In this document: positions 42,325 through 51,865 of the stretch, one piece after another
Position numbering within the stretch: position 1 is the first letter of the stretch
How the letters are laid out: each line of letters starts with the position of its first letter
Assembly: GCA_977017575.1 (NCBI GenBank)
Contig: CDRNVI010000019.1
Span: forward strand, 124,001-188,000
Length of the DNA: 64,000 bases
From: Paramoeba atlantica
Lineage: Eukaryota > Protista > Discosea
Reading direction: 5' to 3'
The notes under the pieces: generated by a model
Databases searched by the model: none
Told to the model about the DNA's origin: nothing
Seen by the model: only the letters and a program-made list of their open reading frames with translations
Program-made: the position numbers and the translations under genes

Positions 42325-42375
42325 CCTATAAAGGGGGAGAGGGGTCGAGGCTATTGTATAAACGGGGGAGTACAG
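42325..42375 (-). repeat. Second solo transposon end of the same type
   Basis: CCTATAAAGGGGG...TATAAACGGGGGAGTACAG|TA; reverse complement TA|CTGTACTCCCCCGTTTATA with a second direct CCCCCTTTATAGG. Confidence 0.55.
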
Positions 42376-42393
42376 TAATCATCAAAAAAATTG

Positions 42394-42421
42394 ATAAAGA
42401 TACAGTTTCTGTACCTTGTTG
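42394..42421 (+). other. Spliced-leader exon-like fragment (3' 28 nt), no intron donor
   Basis: ATAAAGATACAGTTTCTGTACCTTGTTG resembles the conserved kinetoplastid SL core CAGTTTCTGTAC-T-A-TTG; followed by ATTTATT rather than GTATG. Confidence 0.7.
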
Positions 42422-42804
42422 ATTTATTTTCTTAATCTCTCTCACGTTCCAAGGTTCTAACTCGCTCTAAAGCCAAACAGGAATCAAACTTTGATCGCGA
42501 AGCGGGAGCGCACAAGCTCGGTTCACGGGACCAATTTCAGGCAAAGACCTAGTTAAAGGCACTGGCACGTACGAGGAAGAGCTGTACACGACATCACTTC
42601 CGCCGGATTCTTCTTCAGAATTAGCACAGCGGGCCGAAGACATTGACCTCAGCATTACCAACTCTATCAAAGGTGTGACACCAGACACAGGGCGTCAGCA
42701 AACGAGCTCGGAAGAAGAATTATTTTCCAGTGTCCGTCCAACCGAGAATTCCCATTTCCAGTTTGAAGGGGCCGCCACTTCTTCACACAGCCAATCGAAA
42801 TCTA

Positions 42805-43185
42805 GGTCAGATTGAACGAAGTTTGCACACTTTGCAAAAAATTTCTAAAAGTGACTAAATATCAACGAATTCCAAAGAAAATCAAAATGATGCAGACAAG
42901 ACAATTTCCGCACAAAACAATGCCACGTCCAACAAAACTCTTACCAGCGGGCTTAGCCTCACTTAACCTCACTAAACGGAAGATGTGTGACATTTCAAGA
43001 CACCCACAACAAAACCCACTATCAAAGTGATTGACCATGATTTCACCAGTACCTGAGAGTGTAAAAAGGTCAAAGATACAAGCAAAGATTCTAAACTACA
43101 TCTTTGCAAGCAACAGAAAAATAATAATAATAGAGATCGTTTTTAATTTTTTTTGAAAAAGTGTGCAAACTTCGTTCAATTCCAC
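42805..43185. mobile_element. 381-bp MITE with possible 9-bp TSD (MULE-like)
   Basis: Inverted ATTGAACGAAGTTTGCACACTTT at 42811 and ending 43180; flanking direct repeat CGAAATCTA at 42796-42804 and 43186-43194. Confidence 0.6.
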
Positions 43186-43190
43186 CGAAA

Positions 43191-43248
43191 TCTATATATA
43201 TTTATAAATCTATAAACAAAAAATCTATATTTATAAATCTATAAACAA
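43191..43248. repeat. Short AT-rich tandem duplication
   Basis: TCTATATTTATAAATCTATAAACAA twice, immediately after the MULE-like element. Confidence 0.7.
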
Positions 43249-43630
43249 GGCTGTGAAGGAGAAATGCGAACGCCACATCTGGGGGTTAACTCGTACCAAA
43301 TACAACTATGATGACGAGAGGGTGTAAATCCATATTTCCCACCTCGGCCTTGAGGATGTGTGTTGAAAGGTGCACAGTACGCGTACGAACAAATTCCGCA
43401 CGATTCGTGCATGTTGCGTACGGATATTGAGCGAGCGATTGTATCAAAGCTTCGGCCCCAAAAGTTTTCCAAAGAGAAAAATATCCCCGTATCAGAAATT
43501 TATGTAGACGTCGACACGTCTCGTTCGATCAAAGGACGGCCTGTCGTGTGCCTTGTTAATCTTTGCCTGGAAAAAAAGATTACACACTTGTGATAAAAGA
43601 CGCCCTCGTCATCAAATAAAGAACGTTTTT

Positions 43631-43797
43631 TTTGGTGTGCCTGGATGGTGTGTCTGAACGGTGTACCTGGAGAAATCTTGGATTGCATATACATTGTAAT
43701 ATTCATTTGGTGTGCCAAATCCATTTGGTGTGCCTGGATGGTGTGTCTGAACGGTGTGCCTGGAGAAGTCTTGGATTGCATATACATTGCAATATTC
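43631..43797. repeat. Tandem duplication with 93-bp period built from 13-bp subrepeats
   Basis: Units start at 43631 and 43724; subunits GGTGTGCCTGGAT / GGTGTGTCTGAAC / GGTGT(A/G)CCTGGAG. Confidence 0.85.
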
Positions 43798-44306
43798 TAT
43801 TCTTTGTGTTGCTGCGTCAACGATTGGAGAAAAAGGGTATATTCTTAGGTCTTATACCCTAACCTAGTAGGACATCGCCGCGAAAGGCATATTTTCAGTG
43901 CGTAAGTGCAACTATGTTATTGAAAAGCTACCTAAAATTCGTATGGGGTAATAAAGATGCACGAATAAATATGCGTATGCAAAACAAAATCAACGTGAAA
44001 CAGATTTGATGCACCCCTGTACAGATACATAAAAAATGGCCAGCATACGTACAATGTTTGTCAAACGACCATAATAAATTCCATGAGAGAATTTCTCAGA
44101 GAAATACAGAAATATTACGTAAAAAGAATTCGTACCCCTTTTCAAATAGAATAGCCCAAACCTCTGCGGACTTCCTTGACACGCAAGACGCTAAATTATC
44201 CAATAAAGGAATAAGTATCAGAAAGGAACAAAAATTCTGGCAAACCGACTGCTAAGAAAAGAAAAGTACATACATTAAATGCAAAATATACTTGTAGGTA
44301 CGATGC

Positions 44307-45875
44307 CTAGAAATGAAATCGGGGTTGCTCAACACTCTGTCCCTCCGTGCTGGACTGCTCGAAGCCGTGTGCTTGAGATGGATCAGGTTCCATGTCGCCT
44401 CCTTCGCTCTCAAAATAATTCTCCAGTATTCCAAGGCACTGGTTGTATACATCATCGCTGTTATGACTTTGTAACTCATCTATCTTGCTAAGACCACCAC
44501 ATTCAATCACCTGTTGTGCATACATATTCGTACCCTCCACAACAGTACCGGTACGCACGTCCTTTCCTACGCGAAGTATGTTATCAAGTGCTTCCAGTGC
44601 CACCATAATAATCTTTGCATCAAATACGGAGAGCAGGTCGCAAAGAGGTGGAATGACATTCTGCGAAACTAAGTAGTGAATTTGCTCGTGAGTGCCTCCA
44701 GCCGTAAGATTGCTTACCGCCCAGGCAGCCTCCTTTCGTACCTCAAACTCGGAAGCGACAAGTTGTTTAATTACTGCGGGAATAAGCTCTGTCTCTATCA
44801 CAGCCTGTATCTGCTCCCGAGTCCCCGCCGTAACATTCGATATTGTCCAACAAACCTCCTTTCGAATGTTTCGCTTGCTGCTGGCCAAAAGGTAATGGAA
44901 GTTCGGCAGGGCACCTTGATTCACCACCGTTTGAGTCTGTGTGTCACTGCCTGTGACAATGTTCCCGATCGTTCGAATCGCGGGTGTTTGCAGTTGCGAC
45001 TTGTTCGTTGCCAGAAGCGACACCAAGCGGGGGACGGCACCACTTTCAATAACATTTTGGATGCGCTCATTAGGTCCATCACTGAGATAGCTCAGTGCCC
45101 AACAGGCATCCGCTAGTACCTCATCATCATGGTGATTTAACAACGAAACAAGCATCGGCATCAACACCCCCACCTTCTCCATATCCGGCACCGGTTTCCC
45201 GCGACACAGGTTCGACACCGCCCATATCGCATTCCGTACCATACTAATTTTTGTCCCGGGCTGGGCCACAATCCCCATCAGCGGACTCACCACCTCGAGA
45301 CCTAGAATATAGTCCCGGCACCGCGCGCTGTCCCCGGCAATATTCCCCAACGCCCACACGGACTGCTCCCGCACGTCCTCGTTCGGGGACGACAGCAGCT
45401 GCACGAACAGCGGCACCGCCCCGCTCTGGATCACCGCCATGGTGTGCTCGGAGGTCCCGGAGGCTACGTTGGTGAGGGCCCACGCGGCCTCGAACTGCAG
45501 CGTTGGGTTGTCGTGCTGGTGAAGGAACTCCACAAGCCGAGGCAACACCCCGGCGTGGATCACATTGTCAATCGGGGGGTTACTCTCCACAGAGAGCAGC
45601 TTGCGAATCAGCAACGTGCCTTTGCATTGTTCCTCGGTGTCGGTGCTGTTCACGAGATGGACCATCTGGGGGAGTTGTTGTAGGAGTTTCTCCACGGACT
45701 CCGTGGTGTCGAGAGTCTCCTCGGCGGGTGGTTCCCCCGCTTTGCGACGCTTCTCCAGGAGGTCATCGCGTTTTTTGGTGCGTAGGGAAAGGGACATCTC
45801 TTCACGGCGCCGGGGTGCTCGATCAAGATCCACACCTGCCTTGAGCGTTTTCTTTTTGTCTTGTCCTGCGAACAT
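44307..45875 (-). CDS. KPNA: Importin alpha
   Basis: IBB domain (RRREEMSLSLRTKKRDDLLEKRR); ARM repeats (FEAAWALTNVASG, EQSVWALGNIAGD); likely start MFAGQ at 45875. Confidence 0.96.
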   Translation of the reverse strand: MFAGQDKKKTLKAGVDLDRAPRRREEMSLSLRTKKRDDLLEKRRKAGEPPAEETLDTTESVEKLLQQLPQMVHLVNSTDTEEQCKGTLLIRKLLSVESNPPIDNVIHAGVLPRLVEFLHQHDNPTLQFEAAWALTNVASGTSEHTMAVIQSGAVPLFVQLLSSPNEDVREQSVWALGNIAGDSARCRDYILGLEVVSPLMGIVAQPGTKISMVRNAIWAVSNLCRGKPVPDMEKVGVLMPMLVSLLNHHDDEVLADACWALSYLSDGPNERIQNVIESGAVPRLVSLLATNKSQLQTPAIRTIGNIVTGSDTQTQTVVNQGALPNFHYLLASSKRNIRKEVCWTISNVTAGTREQIQAVIETELIPAVIKQLVASEFEVRKEAAWAVSNLTAGGTHEQIHYLVSQNVIPPLCDLLSVFDAKIIMVALEALDNILRVGKDVRTGTVVEGTNMYAQQVIECGGLSKIDELQSHNSDDVYNQCLGILENYFESEGGDMEPDPSQAHGFEQSSTEGQSVEQPRFHF

Positions 45876-46009
45876 AAAGAGAGGTGGGGTAAGGAAAGAA
45901 GTATAGATTCTAGAATTAAGATGTTTCGTCACGAATCCTATGGTATCATTTTATCCAATGTTAGATTACATACTCTGCATAATTATGATTCAGAGGATAC
46001 GTCTACTGA

Positions 46010-47023
46010 CTACGATTGCGTAGACATGATCTTGCGATTGCCGAGTTCGTTAAGAAATGACGATAAATAGTCATAGTAACCACCACATCGCTCCATCCAA
46101 CGCAACAAGATTCTGTTGAAAACTGTGGCTGTCGGTGGACAACATTGAGGCATACAAAAATGGGTGTGCACACTTTGTATCGGCTTCCCTGAATAAAGTA
46201 TTTTGGTGACAGACTTTGCAGTCGTGGTTGACAATTTTCCATTAGTGGTCGTCTGTAAAGAAAACTTCTTTATCGTCTTCATGGGATCTGAACTTTGAAA
46301 CAACCTCCAGTAGCCAAAATTACACTCCAAAGGCGCTGTCCATAAAAGTGGAGGTTCCACACCTTTGCTGCATTCGGATGCAAAGTTTTCCAACGCAGCT
46401 TGGTCATAATAACGCGAGTTGTGCGTGTAAGTACGCCACCGACTCGGAAGATCGCTGTCATTCGTAAACACCCACCCGCCGTTGTACTTCCCGAAAAGAA
46501 TTTCATCTTCTGTGCGGATGCTGTGCGGCGAAAGCCCAATAACTTTTTTGTCACTATTCATCTCTGCGTCGTAGTGCGGTAAAGGATCAAGGAGGACTAC
46601 ATCAGAGTCAAGCCACAGTGTATTCGCGTGATGCTTCAGTGCTAACGACATGGCAGTAGCTTTTTCCATCATGAAGTCCTCATGTTGTGTGCGGTAAATA
46701 CGTCCAGGTGTAATTTCCATTCGTTTTCGATTAATCGCGCCGTATTTGTCTAAGAATGAAAAGAAGAATGTATTATTGCCTTCCAAATTCAATCTGGTAT
46801 CCTTTTTGGATGCCCAAAATTCGCGCGCTTGAACCTCCAATGCCGTTGTGCATAATACGAATAACGACAATTTAGGTTGGTAATGTCGCAACGCATGATG
46901 AAACAGCAAGAATTCATCTATGCATTCTATAGTGGATATTGTGCAAACGCTTTCGATTCCCACTGCAATATGGCATAAGTATGATTTACTAAACATGAAG
47001 GCAATATGTGTGCGTGTATGCAT
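46010..47023 (-). CDS. GT-A fold nucleotide-diphospho-sugar transferase-like protein
   Basis: LWLDSDVVLL DxD motif, YNGGWVF, YYDQAALE; start uncertain (47023 or 46996). Confidence 0.6.
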   Translation of the reverse strand: MHTRTHIAFMFSKSYLCHIAVGIESVCTISTIECIDEFLLFHHALRHYQPKLSLFVLCTTALEVQAREFWASKKDTRLNLEGNNTFFFSFLDKYGAINRKRMEITPGRIYRTQHEDFMMEKATAMSLALKHHANTLWLDSDVVLLDPLPHYDAEMNSDKKVIGLSPHSIRTEDEILFGKYNGGWVFTNDSDLPSRWRTYTHNSRYYDQAALENFASECSKGVEPPLLWTAPLECNFGYWRLFQSSDPMKTIKKFSLQTTTNGKLSTTTAKSVTKILYSGKPIQSVHTHFCMPQCCPPTATVFNRILLRWMERCGGYYDYLSSFLNELGNRKIMSTQS

Positions 47024-48296
47024 ACACGTATGAAAGTTCACGTAAAGAATTCTGATATCACACTTGTAATCAACTGCTACACTGTATACTGTACTGTAAC
47101 TACTATACAGTACCTGTATTTGTTTTAGTGTAGGTCAATTCAAGTTTCATTACTAAAGGGGGTTTTTCTTCTTTACTAAAAGTATGCGGTGGGTGACTTT
47201 ATGCTGTCCACGAGGACTGTAACAATGCCGATCACAGTGCTGTACACCCTTGTTATTGGAATAAGCCCGTTTCTGTGACATAACGCGGCGGAAAGATAAA
47301 AAATAGAAGGAAAATACCTAAAAGAACGAAAAAATCGATGAAATTGAAGAAAATTGCAAGTTCCGAAGACTTACTTTTTTGTCCAAAATAAAAACATTTA
47401 AAAACACTGGAAACGCAATAGCAGGTGACACGTATCTCTGCAAGAGCTCTCGAATGCGGGGCTACTTTCCAAAATTGGATAATTTATACGATTTTTGACC
47501 CCCCCATATTTTCGTGCCACCCCATGTATGTTAGACATACTAAATCTATATTTATAAATTATTGTTGTATCTTCTGGTTCTATACATTTTATACGATACA
47601 TAAGTTCTGTCTCTTAATAACCACTCGGGTATTTTTAAAACGCGCTTGTAGAAAAATCCGTCTCTGATGATGAAGAACTCCATGGCTACATGTTACGAAT
47701 ACTTTCCTTGACACGGGTTCTCTGAACACAGTCGCAAACCGTATGAATTTTGCATTGCATTTCGCCTGCGCGCATTATTTTTCCTCCTTTCTTCTGTCGA
47801 ATACGGTATCCCACACGAAAATTTCCGCAGCGACGCGAATCTCCAGCTTTATGTTTTCGAACACCCGAATTTTTAAGTGTTCGCGCGTTTGAACGGCTTG
47901 AGTTTTGCGCCCGTTTTCGGATCCGAGCCTTCCACTTCTTTGCCATTTTGGTCAATAATCCGTGTTTTCTCACATACGAATAAGATTCACTTATTTAAAC
48001 GGAAAGCAAGAAGTAGAACACAATTTCTTTTGAACACGAAACGAGCAATGCAAAAATAATACGAAAGTGTAATACGATAACGAAAGAGTAATACAAGAGT
48101 AATACAATAGAAGCCCAATCTTAAGAATAAGTATCCCAAGAATTGGTATAACGTTTCCCGTTTCCTGTATTACAACGAACGTTTAGAGATTCCAGCAACA
48201 TTCAAGACTCCTGATAAGAGCGTAGTCAAATGGAATATTTTTCTGAATGAGCGAGTCCCTTCATCACTGGTGGACTCCATCAGTGAGCAATACGAA

Positions 48297-49445
48297 TTAT
48301 ACTGACCAGCTTTCAATGCGAAGATGAATAATTCCCCACTCTTCGTAAAAAAACTTAAAAAGAATTTGAGTTGCGCGACCTACATTACTGATACTCTTTC
48401 GAGTAGACTGATTTTCCTGTGTGACGAAGCGGTAGAATCGGCTCAATAATTGGACGGTTCGTAAAAGTCGTGGGGTTAAATATTCAAAGACAACAAAATC
48501 GGTCTCTATACATGACGTAATTCGTTTCGTTTCCATGAAATAGTCGCTCAGCGCGTTTATAGTATGCAAAGCTGGACGAAGGAAACAGTGAGGATTTGAG
48601 ATTTCATGATTACGTTGAGATTCCTCAAATTTCGATTCCGAAAATTTGGAATCAAGTAAAACTTGACGAAAGAAAGACGAATACTTTACATTATTATCAT
48701 AATGAAACACCGAAGAATGTACATGCAGTGCCTCATCAATCTGGCATGAAGGGTATTTATTCGTACTACGCTGAAAAGAGCCTAATTTCGAAGGACTGCG
48801 AGTGACACCCGCGCGAAGTCGATACAAACGAGCATTACGAGGCTTTAAGGCTGATGGAAAAATTAATCCGAGCCTTTGTGACGTAATAGAAGGATTCTGT
48901 AGCATCATATTAAAAGCCGATGAACCGGTATTCAATGTGTTCCCTTCAACGCGCGTCGTTGAATCCACCAGAAACTGGTTCTTGGTAACAAAAGAAGTAT
49001 ACCTCTCTGCAAGTTGAATATACGGATGCGTTCCACTTGTTAAACATGCATTTTTGTCTCTTGTAAAATATTCTGCAAAGGATATGTGCTCTGCAAGGTT
49101 CATAACACGTAGAAGCAGACGAGCAGAGGAAGATCCCAGCGAACGAAGATCAGAAATGTAACTCGCCTGGAGAACAACTGAACGTAGTTCTTTATGAAAA
49201 TCGCTCAAGGAAGAAAGTTGGAAAGGATCGACAAAGTACTCAAGTGCTGCAAACAAAATATCGCAGATAAGGTCAGCATAATTCTCATAAAAGAAACCCT
49301 GCAGCACATTGTTTATTTCACGATACGAATCAGAATCTGTAACTCGATAGGTCCTGTATAGATTTTTGAGCTGATAGTGACAAAATGAAACAACCGCACA
49401 AAGTGCATGGCGAAGGGTTGGAGGATTTAGTACATGATTCGACAT
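48297..49445 (-). CDS. Hypothetical protein
   Basis: 382-aa ATG-initiated ORF in cluster orientation. Confidence 0.55.
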   Translation of the reverse strand: MSNHVLNPPTLRHALCAVVSFCHYQLKNLYRTYRVTDSDSYREINNVLQGFFYENYADLICDILFAALEYFVDPFQLSSLSDFHKELRSVVLQASYISDLRSLGSSSARLLLRVMNLAEHISFAEYFTRDKNACLTSGTHPYIQLAERYTSFVTKNQFLVDSTTRVEGNTLNTGSSAFNMMLQNPSITSQRLGLIFPSALKPRNARLYRLRAGVTRSPSKLGSFQRSTNKYPSCQIDEALHVHSSVFHYDNNVKYSSFFRQVLLDSKFSESKFEESQRNHEISNPHCFLRPALHTINALSDYFMETKRITSCIETDFVVFEYLTPRLLRTVQLLSRFYRFVTQENQSTRKSISNVGRATQILFKFFYEEWGIIHLRIESWSV

Positions 49446-49968
49446 AAAACTAACGCCATCACAAGAGAATTATGCCGTGAAACACAAGGACGTCGACAGA
49501 TACCTCCTCGCGGCGATCCCCAAGAAAGCTATGTTGTTCATAAACTATGTTTTAAACAATAAGTGGAATAATTAGAAATTTGATTTGTTATTTTGTTTCA
49601 TACGTAGCACCATCCTATCAATGCTATAAAGGACCTTAGAAAATGTTTCCTTCTTAGAAAAGCATTTTATAGAAAATACCACCTGTACAAGAACGAAGTA
49701 ATATAATATAAGTTTTAAAATGTGTAGCATTCAGTTAAGTATTTACTGAATGATACACATTTTTTTCCTTAAGCACGTCATAAATTCCTTTGGCTTAATT
49801 ACACACAATATAGTTAATAGTATCTGGACTGTGTTGTTTACAGCTGCACATTAAGAAATGAGACCCCGACTACAGAAATTGCAACACATCCAGAATGTAC
49901 CCTACAAGAACATTTTAACGAAGTTGCGTTCGATTTAAAGAAAAAAATTGGGTTCAATCATGAAAATA

Positions 49969-50193
49969 TTAATCTGAATCGTTTAACGCACTCTCAGAGT
50001 CCATGGCTTCACATTTGCTTCGTACGCGATCCCACATTTCTTTTTGTGTGTGTCCAGCATTTGCTGCCATAAAGCCCTTGTCAACAACATCGTACATAGC
50101 GACGCGATATGCGAAAGGCAGGGTGACTATCAAAAACATCCGTACATAACCTACCCCGAATACGTTGTGAAAGACCGACCGCCAGATAGTCAT
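49969..50193 (-). CDS. Small single-TM mitochondrial protein, QCR9/UQCR10-like
   Basis: 74 aa; one hydrophobic helix followed by D..F...N.G...K.MWD.V pattern. Confidence 0.45.
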   Translation of the reverse strand: MTIWRSVFHNVFGVGYVRMFLIVTLPFAYRVAMYDVVDKGFMAANAGHTQKEMWDRVRSKCEAMDSESALNDSD

Positions 50194-50557
50194 AAAGTAA
50201 AGTGAATTACCTCCTATTGTATGGAGTAGATAAAGTGAAACTATCTCCTGTCGTATAGAGTATACATCTAAATCTTATATACATCTGTATATTTTCTACG
50301 ACCAGCATGAACGGATTTCAATTTGAATAGACCACACTCCACGTTTCTATGTGTAAGCATTCTGCGAAAACGCTTAACTGCAATCTAAACGTATGCGCTA
50401 TAGATAACATAAAGAGCTCACGAAATTTACAACATGCGTATTACATACAAAAACTAGTAGAATAATTCAGAATATAATGAGACGAAAGTTAGCGAACCGA
50501 GCTGCATTATTCAAGCGATAGATGCAAAATTGTAAAACGAACTAAAAGTGGGCTCCG

Positions 50558-50998
50558 CTACTTCGAGACTTCTCCGAATTTTTCTTTGCGTGCTCGAATA
50601 CGTTCTTCACTCATTTCGGGATCAGGATTTGTGTTAAATTTTTTACGACGAGCGGCAATGCGTTCAGACGTCATGGCTTCTGCGAGAGAGACATTGCTAT
50701 CAGTGGGATCATCATTATGTATTGGGGTGGCACTCTTCAAAGTTCCGAATTTATACATTCGCCTCAAAACTCTTTCTGCTTCCGAGTCGGGCGGAACGGG
50801 ATTATTTCCCAAATCACAGTGTTCGCGGAGCTCTGGGGACAGCGACTCCGCAAGAGAGTTAATAGTGTGTATTGTGACTCCTTGATCCGGTTCAAAAGTA
50901 GCAGGTGGGATCCAAGTGAAAGGCTTCGGAACACCACTCTTCGGTGTCTCCTCCGGAACGTTAGTGGTTATTACTCGGCGTAGACGGGCAAGATCCAT
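50558..50998 (-). CDS. Tho1/MOS11 C-terminal domain protein
   Basis: Repeated ERIAARRKKF / ERIRARKEKFG; likely start MDLAR at 50998. Confidence 0.55.
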   Translation of the reverse strand: MDLARLRRVITTNVPEETPKSGVPKPFTWIPPATFEPDQGVTIHTINSLAESLSPELREHCDLGNNPVPPDSEAERVLRRMYKFGTLKSATPIHNDDPTDSNVSLAEAMTSERIAARRKKFNTNPDPEMSEERIRARKEKFGEVSK

Positions 50999-51236
50999 GA
51001 GGTAATACAATAAATGAAATGAGAAATACTGGTGCGACATTACTGGTGTAATGAAATATGAGTCCCATACAATAGTGATAGAAATACTTCTGGGGATATG
51101 AAAATCTGTTGCTTTTAAATCGTAAAATAGATAATAACGCATTGGTTCCTGAAGCTCTAAGAGACTGAGTTTTGTGTGAGGACCCGGTTTTTGGGAACAA
51201 TGAGATGCACAAAAAATGAACGACGGAAGTAAGATA

Positions 51237-51602
51237 TCATTGACTTGCGTCTTGCGTAGTAGCTCTTCTGTGCTGCCTAGGTTTAGCAGAATCTAAGTCA
51301 AATCCTACATACGCGGCCGTCTTTCGTACTCTTTCCATATCAGATTGTTTCTGTCCATATCGACTGTGCTGGTTTCGCAAGTCGGCAATACACTCTCGTA
51401 AAAACGTGTAATCAGAACCGCGAAGAAATGAACTGTTATATTCTGGAGAAATGGGCATACACGTCTCTTGACGTACGTCCTTGCCTCCTTGTTCAAGTAC
51501 TTCTTTTTCGTTCGGATGCAACGTTTCCTTTGCTTTCTCCTGGAGTTCAGCAAATGGAATATTAACAGGGACGCGGCAACGCAACAGTCTGAAACGGAAC
51601 AT
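51237..51602 (-). CDS. Hypothetical protein with mitochondrial-type N-terminus
   Basis: MFRFRLLRCR presequence-like start; cluster orientation. Confidence 0.5.
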   Translation of the reverse strand: MFRFRLLRCRVPVNIPFAELQEKAKETLHPNEKEVLEQGGKDVRQETCMPISPEYNSSFLRGSDYTFLRECIADLRNQHSRYGQKQSDMERVRKTAAYVGFDLDSAKPRQHRRATTQDASQ

Positions 51603-51865
51603 TTACCTAAAATCTATCAAGCGTAGTAGTGTGCTACATACATTGATATTTCTATGACAGACACTAAAAGCGGCTCAGAACGAGCTGTAAAAAGCGGTTC
51701 TTTTAATAAATATTAGCAAGTGATACTTGATAAACTTTTTAGTCGCGGCTGCCAAAGAATTGGTGCTTTTCAGCATTGTAACCTTGCAGAGGAATATCAA
51801 CAATAATATCAATATTATTTAGGCAGTATTTCCAGAGAAAGCATGTAGAGTTGTCGTTTACCTCT

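Noticed and set aside
43631-43797. CRISPR-like array
   Set aside because: Simple tandem duplication without unique spacers, eukaryotic context, no cas genes
47686-47973. 95-aa basic ORF
   Set aside because: No recognisable motif; cannot be supported as a gene
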